Shown here piece by piece: positions 18,501 to 24,895 of a stretch of DNA of 27,504 nucleotides. The stretch is from positions 1-27,504 of IMG/VR virus record IMGVR_UViG_3300025875_000086; one strand, written 5' to 3'. A model generated the notes under the pieces. The model was not told the origin of the DNA. It saw only the letters and a list, made by a program, of their open reading frames with translations, and did no database searches. The position numbers and the translations under genes are program-made. Position 1 is the first letter of the stretch, and each line of letters starts with the position of its first letter. This DNA is from a virus. Lineage: Duplodnaviria; Caudoviricetes.

Positions 18501-19278
18501 CGGCATCCTGCTCAACCGCGAGGGCGGCAACATCGCCATGGGCGGTAAGAAGGGAGGGTTCACCTCCAGCGACGTCGGCATCTTCCCCGAGGACGACGAC
18601 CACATGGTGCAGATTCGGGCCGGGGTCGAGATCCAGAACCACTCCTACGGCGACTACAACGACCTCTGGGCCCCGCTCATCGTCGGCGCCCGAGGCAACC
18701 CGCACATGTGGATGGACAAGATATCGATCGGGACCACCGACGGCGCGGGCGGCGTGGCCATCCTCCACGTCCTGCCCCCGGTCGGCCTGGACCCGAGCCG
18801 GACTCTGATCCACCACACGACCCCGGTCCACCTCGGCTCGGACTCCATCCAGATCCGTCGCATCGGAGCTGCGCAAGGTGGCGTCTTCTGCGTGGACGCT
18901 GGCGTGGCGCTGCAGTTCATCAACGGCCAGGTCAACAGCCGCGACTCGGCAATCGTCGGAAACCGATCGATGGGCGGCACGGTCTTCAACCAGCTCTCTC
19001 AGCGCTCTACCAAGCACTCGATTCAGAAGATCCCCGACGGCCACGCTCTCTCCCTCATCAAGACGGTCAAAGCCCAGAAGTGGAAGTTCACCGACGAGAC
19101 AAACCCCTACGACGACATGTTCCACTACGGCCCGATGCTGGAAGACCTGCCCGAGGACATGCACGCCCCGGTCGGGGAGAAGAAGGGCTACGACCAGGGC
19201 TCGCTGGTTGGCCTTCTGTGGGAGGCTCTAGGGGATCTCGCCGGCCAGGTCGAGGCACTCAAGAAGGGCAAGCCGTGA
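15562..19278 (+). CDS. Large tail-tip/central fibre protein (Tal-like N-terminus, FN3 repeats, putative carbohydrate-binding module, S74-type C-terminal chaperone)
   Basis: ATG 15562 after GGAGG (ATGA overlap); 1238 aa. FN3 signatures GLNPGAQWSVQVRAV and GLTPGTAYQFRLSAID..GNES; DGAITADKI fibre repeats; LSQRSTKHSI...HYGPMLEDL...coiled coil at the C-terminus. The ORF-track start at 14683 is overextended. Confidence 0.88.
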   Translation: MIQKYRFIAYSPFGAELGQITHPSSWGFSSTYNEISSCKISHRDDMPNASRLQGMVELGVQWSTDGVTWTEPPNGRFLRIQRARVVRGKDKVRSYTMPGMGHLLKKAEQRGTANLNADGKRPFNSANAGTIIKTLFDENKAWGGSCVGLTIDFTTTTDSSGAAWNKVITIAYEPGLDLYTILDNLANQGMCDWYFQGRTLRIFNTSYLDVARPVSLSAGVDVNGIPVEASIDGLVHNAIVYGDAGAKLEINSSYSPPVYWGKWQTSISNGGVSDTGTMNILADQLLHDGSAEKVQYTLEMVVKKSTIEPFRDFVPGNRITAPNEAGDYELFRIPQINVERNAAGKISVSLIANDRFVEAEISRIKRVNGITGGAVAGGSGTRPAPAEPGKRVPATPVGVTLGSTVAINEAGFPRAVATVDWADVTTDVSSVALDIDFYEVQAFLGSSTTPESWGVSAQSVLSRAGLNPGAQWSVQVRAVSATNVRGAWSSPKVTATMQTDTTPPGVPTAPIVTSVLGTATIRWDGKAAGGATMPADLDYVKVWQEGVSAYIDRIEPGGGYTTVGGLTPGTAYQFRLSAIDKSNPGNESAKTAAVSVTIVSAATDAGIQAQLDFLQTEVEQDVGTQITTATNGIAKIIYSPLDPSGTYPTGSTWWKRGSGNLIIGQWEYNGGWVPKTVDSAIIANLDAGKISFGEMDGIRIKAGTIRTGALAVGLGQNQVADPVFGDPTIRANRTANGWTYNSANRTFQSTAANARFSLAAGGPSDAYSDLIQVVPGERWYLSVIALSTSTNTVTFSMQGYDQGGAQNASLSLSSSEVILPNVAETVYAIYTIPAGMYFMNVGVVFATAGTNQVSQPVVNKQTPAVIIQDGAITADKIAVNAVTANAVSAGSIDGMVITGPTIRTAPSGSRVQLDTTGFRVYSGTTLKVWAAGSTGQLRVYATGDLSHTSTGHGFQIGDDDGPNLAFDANEIMSRNAGDYSGILLNREGGNIAMGGKKGGFTSSDVGIFPEDDDHMVQIRAGVEIQNHSYGDYNDLWAPLIVGARGNPHMWMDKISIGTTDGAGGVAILHVLPPVGLDPSRTLIHHTTPVHLGSDSIQIRRIGAAQGGVFCVDAGVALQFINGQVNSRDSAIVGNRSMGGTVFNQLSQRSTKHSIQKIPDGHALSLIKTVKAQKWKFTDETNPYDDMFHYGPMLEDLPEDMHAPVGEKKGYDQGSLVGLLWEALGDLAGQVEALKKGKP

Positions 19279-19439
19279 ACGAAGTAGACCCCCAGACCGT
19301 GATCGACCTCCAGCGCAAGCGGATCTCCGACCTCGAGTGGCAGCTGACCCTGTACCAGGCCGCCGAGCTGGAGCAGAAGAAGGCCGCCGCTGCGGCCCCA
19401 CCCGAGAAGGACGACGCCAATGGCGAAAGCAAAGGTTAA
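19275..19439 (+). CDS. Small coiled-coil hypothetical protein
   Basis: 54 aa from a GTG overlapping the upstream stop: MNEVDPQTVIDLQRKRISDLEWQLTLYQA. Small genes of this kind often follow tail fibres. Confidence 0.7.
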   Translation: MNEVDPQTVIDLQRKRISDLEWQLTLYQAAELEQKKAAAAAPPEKDDANGESKG

Positions 19440-20220
19440 GCGACTGATGAACGCACGAGTAGCGATCCTCAACATCAACATGGCCGCCGTGGACGGCTGG
19501 GGCGACGGCACCCGACAGGTGGCGATCCGGGACATGATCCGGGCCCAGGGCGCCTCCGTGGTCACCAGCCAGGAGAACAACCTCTACAACTGGTTCTGCT
19601 CCGCGAGTGGCCTCGGGACCAACTGGTTCTTCCGGCGCCACGGCAACAGCAACATCATGTTCGACGGCAACCAGCACGACTTGGTCGACAACACCTACTA
19701 CCAGCTGGACCTTCCGACGCCGGTCGGCCCGGGCTACTCGACCCGGCGTCTCGTCGGGCTGCAGCTGCTCAACAAGGCCGCCCAGCAGACGTTCTGGGTC
19801 CATGCCACCCACTTCCAGCCCGGCACCGACGAGTTCAACCGGGGCTGGCAGGCCCAGCAGATGGAGGCCTGCCTCGACGCGATCGGGTCGCGCGACCCGG
19901 CCAACGCCGTCTTCGGCCTGGACATGAACGACAGCCGCACCCTCGAGGGGCCGCGCGTCCAGGCCCGGAACCACCCGAGCCGGATGTTCGACCTCCGCAA
20001 CAAGCTGGCCTGCGTCAGTGAGTACGGCCCCGGCCGGTGCTCCAACGGCGACCTCAACACCTACACCGGCTACGTCGCGCCGGCGCGCGGGAAGGAGTGG
20101 ATCGACGACCTGCTGACCGGGGACAACCTGCTGCCCTACTACATGCGGATGGTTGACACTTGGACCGACGACCTCACCGACCACGCAGCCCAGCGGATGT
20201 CCTTCATTCGGCTGAGCTGA
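19420..20220 (+). CDS. Endonuclease/exonuclease/phosphatase (EEP) superfamily protein
   Basis: Ordered EEP motifs: VAILNI, VVTSQE, VHATHF, FGLDMND, WIDDLL, TDH; AAGGA RBS. Confidence 0.8.
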   Translation: MAKAKVKRLMNARVAILNINMAAVDGWGDGTRQVAIRDMIRAQGASVVTSQENNLYNWFCSASGLGTNWFFRRHGNSNIMFDGNQHDLVDNTYYQLDLPTPVGPGYSTRRLVGLQLLNKAAQQTFWVHATHFQPGTDEFNRGWQAQQMEACLDAIGSRDPANAVFGLDMNDSRTLEGPRVQARNHPSRMFDLRNKLACVSEYGPGRCSNGDLNTYTGYVAPARGKEWIDDLLTGDNLLPYYMRMVDTWTDDLTDHAAQRMSFIRLS

Positions 20221-20265
20221 GCAGCGCCCTCTAGACTGTTCCCGCGAGGCCGGTGAGGACGCATT

Positions 20266-20571
20266 GTGGAGTTCGTTGACTGGGTTGTCGGTAACGGCGG
20301 CGACATCGGTTTTGCGGGACTGGTTACCTTTTTCGTCTACCTCGTCTTCACGGGGAAGATTGTGGCGCGTAGCGTGGTCGATGACATCCGATCCGACGCC
20401 AAGGAACGCCTCGCCGCCAAAGAGCGGGTTGCCGAGGGATACAAAGAAGCGTGGGAGAGTGAACGTGCCCGAGGACTCATTCAGGATGCCCAGGTTGTGG
20501 AGCTTCTCGAGCACAGCAGGACCGCTGTCCACATCCTCGAATCACTCCCACGCCCTACAGAATCCAGGTAG
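20266..20571 (+). CDS. Membrane protein (holin-like; one TM helix plus coiled coil)
   Basis: IGFAGLVTFFVYLVFTGKIV hydrophobic helix followed by a charged amphipathic region; GAGGA RBS. Confidence 0.7.
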   Translation: MEFVDWVVGNGGDIGFAGLVTFFVYLVFTGKIVARSVVDDIRSDAKERLAAKERVAEGYKEAWESERARGLIQDAQVVELLEHSRTAVHILESLPRPTESR

Positions 20572-20575
20572 CCCG

Positions 20576-20818
20576 ATGGTCTGGCCCTTCACCCGGAAGA
20601 GGAAGATCGAGCGGGCTCCGCTCCTGTCCGAGATCGAGGCGCAGGCCGAGGCAGACCGGGCCAAGGAGATCTCGGCCACCGCGCTGCAGCGCACGCTCGC
20701 CCGAGGCCCGGTGGTGAGCGGAATCGTCGCTCGTCAGGCCGAGATCCGAGAACGGAACGGGTTGGGCGAGATGTTCGAGGAGTCGATGCGCAGAGTTGCG
20801 CGTGAGGAGAACCGATGA
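20576..20818 (+). CDS. Small lysis-cassette hypothetical protein
   Basis: 80 aa MVWPFTRKRK...IRERNGLGEMFEESM; sits between two membrane-protein genes; ATGA overlap downstream. Confidence 0.68.
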   Translation: MVWPFTRKRKIERAPLLSEIEAQAEADRAKEISATALQRTLARGPVVSGIVARQAEIRERNGLGEMFEESMRRVAREENR

Positions 20819-21318
20819 TCAAGCACCCCCGGATCCTGCTGCTGCTGGCCACGGCTGCGGCTGGCGCCCTGGTGGTACTTCTCGACGGAGACGCCGAGAC
20901 CGTCGGTTCGATCCTCCTGCTGGCCGGGTTGCCCGGTCTGTTCGTCTTCGTGGTGCTGTACGCCGTGCGCTCGCCCTGGCGGTCCAACCTCGGCGGCCGG
21001 GTGATTATGCAGCTGGCGGCCACCGAGCTCCTGGTCCTGACCCTCGCCGCCGGCCAAGCCATCTGGGGAACCGAGTGGCCGGCCCGGGACTGGATCCGGC
21101 TGTTCATCTACTTCGCCATGTTCGTCGCCTTCTGGCGCCTGGCCGTCACCGTGGTCAAGGTCCAGGGCCTGCCACCGATAGCGCCGGCCCGGCCGCCCGA
21201 GGACCGACGGGGTGTGCAGAAGGAAGACCCCGACCTCGAGGCACCCGAGGAGACCGAGGAGTCCAAGGACGCCCGCAATGCTCCCCCGGGCGCGTACGGC
21301 GGCGATCAGCGGAGCTGA
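20815..21318 (+). CDS. Multi-pass membrane protein, putative holin
   Basis: About 4 hydrophobic helices, a YAVRSPWRSNLGGRVIM motif and an acidic C-terminal tail. Confidence 0.72.
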   Translation: MIKHPRILLLLATAAAGALVVLLDGDAETVGSILLLAGLPGLFVFVVLYAVRSPWRSNLGGRVIMQLAATELLVLTLAAGQAIWGTEWPARDWIRLFIYFAMFVAFWRLAVTVVKVQGLPPIAPARPPEDRRGVQKEDPDLEAPEETEESKDARNAPPGAYGGDQRS

Positions 21319-21332
21319 TTAGGCCCGCCCGC

Positions 21333-21556
21333 CGCGGCGCGATTACCGCGATCGCGCCCGCGATTCGCGCTCGCCCGCCCGGGACGTCACGCCCGCCCGC
21401 GGATCGGAAGCGCGCAACGCGCCCAGGCGCACGACGTCGCGCACGGCACGCGCTGCACAAGGAACGCGGGCGCCTCGCACGCCGCGCCGCTCTGCTCAAA
21501 CCGCGGGACACGCGGGCGCGACGACGCGGGCGCGTTCAATCCTGGACGCGCACGCG
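21333..21556. repeat. CGCG-dense non-coding tract
   Basis: 20 CGCG tetramers counted by eye in ~225 bp; ACGCGGGCGC occurs at 21464, 21510 and 21524. Confidence 0.7.
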
Positions 21557-21629
21557 AGGCCAAAAGAATTTTTTGTGGCTCTGACTAGGGCAGGAGCTGG
21601 TTTTCCGGCCCTCAATCCCGAATCCCCGC

Positions 21630-21658
21630 TAGACAGCCCGGGCGGCCTAGAGTAATGT
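21630..21658 (+). promoter_or_regulatory. Promoter P1 (variant)
   Basis: TAGACA-N17-TAATGT, with the GGCCTAGAGT motif lying mostly within the spacer. Confidence 0.6.
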
Positions 21659-21720
21659 TCTACCCATCACCTCAGCAGCACCGGGGAGGCGGCCAGCAGG
21701 ACCGGCCACCAGGGCAGGAC

Positions 21721-21750
21721 TTGACAGCACCGGGCCGCATGGCCTAGAGT
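21721..21750 (+). promoter_or_regulatory. Promoter P2, sigma-A-like
   Basis: TTGACA-N18-TAGAGT, with ATGGCC immediately before the -10. Confidence 0.85.
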
Positions 21751-21838
21751 TAAGCACAGATCGAACGCACGGCTCCCCCTTCGGGGACACGGGGCCGGTA
21801 AGTCTCCCTAGGGGAGCGGTATGCCTAGATCACCCCGC

Positions 21839-21867
21839 TTGACAGGCTGGCTCGGATGGCCTAGAGT
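21839..21867 (+). promoter_or_regulatory. Promoter P3, sigma-A-like
   Basis: TTGACA-N17-TAGAGT, with ATGGCC immediately before the -10. Confidence 0.88.
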
Positions 21868-21873
21868 AGTACT

Positions 21874-22345
21874 CAGCAAGGCAGGGCAAGCGCGAATCAC
21901 GGCGTCGGGCAAGCGAACTCGGTCAGGTATTCCGAGGGGAGTCCACGGGCCGCGTGGCTACCCTGTCTCGCCCAGAACGGCAAGATCGCAGACTCGGTTG
22001 CCCCTAACGGGGCCACCTCGTACCTGCCAGAACTTTGAGAACTCAATAGTGAAGCGCGAACGATATGTCGCCACAGGATTGCTCTGCCCGGACCCGAGAT
22101 GCGGGGAGCGGAGCACAGAGAGGCCTATGGCCTGTGGCACGACACGCTCTGGAGAACGGAGACCTCATTGGCCGAGGTCTGCCGGTAGACGCCCCGAACG
22201 GGGGTGAACAGGGCAGGAACCATAGCGCGGGGGAGAAGTGGGAATACGGAGCCGTCGTGAGACGTCTGTCCCGGGCCACTCACGCCCCCAAAGTAAGTCC
22301 GTGACAGGGACTTCGGCTGCGCTCGGACCTTCCCTCCGAGCGTTT
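21874..22345 (+). ncRNA. Long structured untranslated leader / candidate ncRNA
   Basis: No credible ORF. Stems visible by eye include GGCAGGG/CCCTGTC, CTCGG/CCGAG, CCACG/CGTGG, GCCCC-TAAC-GGGGC, GCCACAGG/CCTGTGGC, AGACCTC/GAGGTCT, CGTC-GTGA-GACG and CGCTCGGA/TCCGAGCG. Boundaries are approximate. Confidence 0.5.
22034..22051 (+). promoter_or_regulatory. rRNA-operon boxA-like antitermination element
   Basis: TTTGAGAACTCAATAGTG matches the mycobacterial/actinobacterial rrn leader boxA region as I recall it. It is an AT-rich island in GC-rich DNA, about 20 nt downstream of a tetraloop hairpin (22000-22013). Confidence 0.7.
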
Positions 22346-22380
22346 CCGTGGACCCCGCCCCATAGCGACAGGAGAGCTCA

Positions 22381-22680
22381 ATGGCTACCACCACTGACAA
22401 CATCACTAAGGCGCAGGCCATGGCGGCCTACCGTAAGGTCTGCAAGAAACTCGGCGTCACCCCTGCCGATCGGTCCGTCCGTCAAGGTCAGGACTCCGAC
22501 CTCTGGTCGGCCGGCCCGGTCCTCTGCGAGGACTTCGAGGGTTGGTCCTCGACGACTCACTGGGCGATTGTTTGGGAGGGCGACTACGAGTGGCCCCAGC
22601 GGATGTGGGAGATGTTCATCGGCACCGCCGTCTTCGCCGAGCCGATCAACGGCTACTCGCTCGGTCTGTACCGCCCATGA
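22381..22680 (+). CDS. Hypothetical protein (first gene of the putative early array)
   Basis: AGGAGAG RBS, 99 aa, WAIVWEGDYEWP...VFAEPINGYSLGLY. Confidence 0.8.
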   Translation: MATTTDNITKAQAMAAYRKVCKKLGVTPADRSVRQGQDSDLWSAGPVLCEDFEGWSSTTHWAIVWEGDYEWPQRMWEMFIGTAVFAEPINGYSLGLYRP

Positions 22681-23084
22681 AGGCCATGTACGGCCACCAG
22701 TCGGCCACCATCCACCTCAACGGTCTCCCTGGCGATCCGACCTATGGTCGGACCTGCTCCGTCCACCTGGACAAGGACCCGGGTCACGGCTCGATGAACT
22801 TCTACAACGAGTCGACCACCCAGATCACCATCACCGAAGCGACTCCGGAGGAGTACCGAGCGGTCGCCGCTCAACTCCGGAACGCCGCCAAGTACCTGTC
22901 GGTCGACGGCTTCGCCACCCGAGAGCGTTACCTGGAGTTGGCAGAGCGCTACGAGTTGGAGTCCTACGGCGAGCCGGACGAGTTCGGCAACTTCGACTGC
23001 CCGGACTGTCATCCGCACGACGACACCGATTGCACCTGTGATCGATGTGACGGTACCGGGTACGTCTCCGACCCCCGCCCCTGA
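22677..23084 (+). CDS. Hypothetical protein with a C-terminal DnaJ-like Cys cluster
   Basis: ATG 22677 (ATGA overlap); CPDC...CTCDRCDGTGY. Confidence 0.72.
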   Translation: MKAMYGHQSATIHLNGLPGDPTYGRTCSVHLDKDPGHGSMNFYNESTTQITITEATPEEYRAVAAQLRNAAKYLSVDGFATRERYLELAERYELESYGEPDEFGNFDCPDCHPHDDTDCTCDRCDGTGYVSDPRP

Positions 23085-23147
23085 TCTCGGCCGGTCCCGG
23101 TGTGACCACCCCGCCGGGCCGACCGACCCACTTAGAAAGTGAGCGCC

Positions 23148-23426
23148 ATGAAGTTCCGCAAGATCGAGACCAAGGTCACGACCGGCACCGACGGCCAGGA
23201 CAACGACGTCGTCCTGGTGACCGTCTTTCACGATGCTCGCCAGTCCTTCTCCAAGGCTGTCGACCCCGCTGCGAAGCGAGCCATGCGGGCCTATATGGCC
23301 CAGCACCGCATCCAGCACGCCACCCTGACCGGTGGCAACTACGGCCTCGCCATCGTCGACGAGCCCGACCCGATGCGCTGCAACTCGCAGGTCTGCTTCA
23401 CCATCACCGCGAAAGGCTCCAAGTGA
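23148..23426 (+). CDS. Hypothetical protein
   Basis: ATG 23148 after GAAAGTGAG; 92 aa; coding-like codon usage. Confidence 0.75.
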   Translation: MKFRKIETKVTTGTDGQDNDVVLVTVFHDARQSFSKAVDPAAKRAMRAYMAQHRIQHATLTGGNYGLAIVDEPDPMRCNSQVCFTITAKGSK

Positions 23427-24031
23427 GCAAGCACCTTTCCCCTAACCAGATCCTCCGCAAGCGAGCCGACACGACGACCCGCAAGACGGTCGCTCGGATC
23501 CTCGAGGTCTGGGACTCCGCGTCTGCCACCAACCGGGAAGACGGCGCGCAGTGGTACCCGCTCCATACGCAGCTGGTGATCCGGCTGTCTCGGGACTGGT
23601 ACGTCTCCGAGGAGCACGCCGCGGCGGTCCTGTCCCACCTCTCGCCCCGGGTCCAGTGGGACAAGGCGATCGCCGCTGCTCCGGTCATCCTGTCCGGCCA
23701 ACGTCCGTCGGGGATCCTCGGTGACCGGATCGAGGCCTGCCAGCAGGCTCTCCGGGCCGTCGACCCGCTGACCACCTTCGGTGGCCCCAAGACCCGCAAC
23801 TTCTACCTCAACCTCATCGGCGATCTCGACGCCGTCACCGTCGACGTCTGGGCATGGCGCATCGCTCTCGGCGAGCACGACGTCAAGGTCGAGAGCCGGG
23901 CCGGCGTCTATGACGCCGTGGCTCACTGCTACCGGCTCGCCGCTGCCAAGCGCGGCGTCCGTCCGTCGACGATGCAGGCCGCGACCTGGTGCGCCCTTCG
24001 GGGCCGGTCGGACTTGACACCTCTCCAGTGA
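23423..24031 (+). CDS. Conserved phage protein (DUF7178-like, possibly an HhH-glycosylase-related fold)
   Basis: GTG 23423 after GAAAGG; motifs GAQWY, AAAVLSHLSPRVQW, GPKTRNFYLNL, VTVDVWA and MQAATW. Family assignment is from memory. Confidence 0.65.
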   Translation: MSKHLSPNQILRKRADTTTRKTVARILEVWDSASATNREDGAQWYPLHTQLVIRLSRDWYVSEEHAAAVLSHLSPRVQWDKAIAAAPVILSGQRPSGILGDRIEACQQALRAVDPLTTFGGPKTRNFYLNLIGDLDAVTVDVWAWRIALGEHDVKVESRAGVYDAVAHCYRLAAAKRGVRPSTMQAATWCALRGRSDLTPLQ

Positions 24032-24042
24032 TGGCCTAGAGT
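24014..24042 (+). promoter_or_regulatory. Promoter P4
   Basis: TTGACA-N17-TAGAGT with ATGGCC, followed by the leader CACCTACCGATCGGAGCACGACATG. Confidence 0.88.
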
Positions 24043-24073
24043 AGTACTCACCACCTACCGATCGGAGCACGAC

Positions 24074-24535
24074 ATGAGCAACGACACCCTCCTCCCCGCT
24101 GGCACCTTCGCCGGTCACATCGGCGAGCGCACCTTCGACGACGCCGACCTGTTCGGCAAGGCCGCCGGCGAGTGGCGCTCCTCCAAGGTCGAGACCCGCC
24201 CGGGCCGTCGAGTGTGGACCGCTGACACGATCAGCCACAGCAAGACGATCTCGGTGCCGCAGCACTGGTCGGCCATGACCAAGGCGGCCAAGCGCGGCAA
24301 CCAGAGCCCGACCAAGCTGACGCCCGAGGAGCAGGAGTGGCTCGGCGCTAACGTCTCGTTCTCGGTCAAGGCTCATCGGCCCGACGGCAACGGGGTCGAC
24401 TACTTCGGCCAGACCGGTCAGGTCTGGGCACTCTCGACCATCGGCTCGGTCTGGGTCGTCCTGGACAACGCCACCAGCAAGGGTGGAGGTGCTGCCTTCG
24501 AGTCCGTCCCCACGGCCAGCCTGACCCGCATCTGA
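24074..24535 (+). CDS. Hypothetical protein
   Basis: 153 aa, GGAG RBS, directly downstream of P4. Confidence 0.8.
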   Translation: MSNDTLLPAGTFAGHIGERTFDDADLFGKAAGEWRSSKVETRPGRRVWTADTISHSKTISVPQHWSAMTKAAKRGNQSPTKLTPEEQEWLGANVSFSVKAHRPDGNGVDYFGQTGQVWALSTIGSVWVVLDNATSKGGGAAFESVPTASLTRI

Positions 24536-24543
24536 CACCTAAC

Positions 24544-24570
24544 GTGGCGCCCGACAGGAGCGGGCGCCGC
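24544..24570 (+). other. Intergenic stem-loop
   Basis: GTGGCGCCCG-ACAGGAG-CGGGCGCCGC; no U-tract. Confidence 0.65.
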
Positions 24571-24603
24571 CATGGCACGTCAGCCGCAACCCAGAGGAGA
24601 GCT

Positions 24604-24840
24604 ATGAGCACGAACGCAGAGTGGTTTTACGTCGGCAACACCGGCGCATACGTCGAGGCGGCAGAGCAGGGTGAGACCTACGGCGACGCCCACCTGGAGC
24701 ACGACGAGTTCGGCGTGGTCATCGGTGCCGACGCCTTCGCCGTCGTCTACAGCACCGACGTCGACGACTTGGTCGCCTTTTTCGAGAAGGCCCTGGCCGT
24801 CGCTCATGCGATCAAGGAATCGTCACAGCGTCCCGCTTGA
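24604..24840 (+). CDS. Hypothetical acidic protein
   Basis: ATG 24604 after GAGGAG; 78 aa; its stop codon lies within the TTGACA of P5. Confidence 0.78.
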   Translation: MSTNAEWFYVGNTGAYVEAAEQGETYGDAHLEHDEFGVVIGADAFAVVYSTDVDDLVAFFEKALAVAHAIKESSQRPA

Positions 24841-24865
24841 CAGATGCTCTCGAATGGCCTAGAGT
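24837..24865 (+). promoter_or_regulatory. Promoter P5
   Basis: TTGACA-N17-TAGAGT with ATGGCC, followed by the leader CACCTACCGAACGGAGCAGGACATG. Confidence 0.88.
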
Positions 24866-24895
24866 AAAGACATCACCTACCGAACGGAGCAGGAC

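Noticed and set aside
15709-19164. 1151-aa minus-strand ORF, and other long antisense ORFs such as 3091-4776, 10932-12227, 19228-20532 and 26261-27361
   Set aside because: These are shadows of highly biased high-GC sense genes. They lack RBSs and recognisable motifs and lie almost wholly opposite well-supported + strand genes.
20232-20237. TAGACT as a -10 box for the holin-like genes
   Set aside because: It is a good -10 hexamer in a short intergenic gap, but there is no convincing -35 and no GGCCTAGAGT motif.
21874-22300. tRNA, tmRNA, group II intron domain V (GAGCCG at ~22249) or a small self-cleaving ribozyme
   Set aside because: No T-loop GTTCRA or cloverleaf, no complete domain V pairing and no hammerhead CTGATGA/GAAA core could be found by eye. 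An Rfam scan would be needed to exclude rarer classes.
21821-22304. ORFs 21821-22207 and 22065-22304 in the control region
   Set aside because: They lack the genome's codon bias and have junk-like composition. The first overlaps P3, and both overlap the structured leader.
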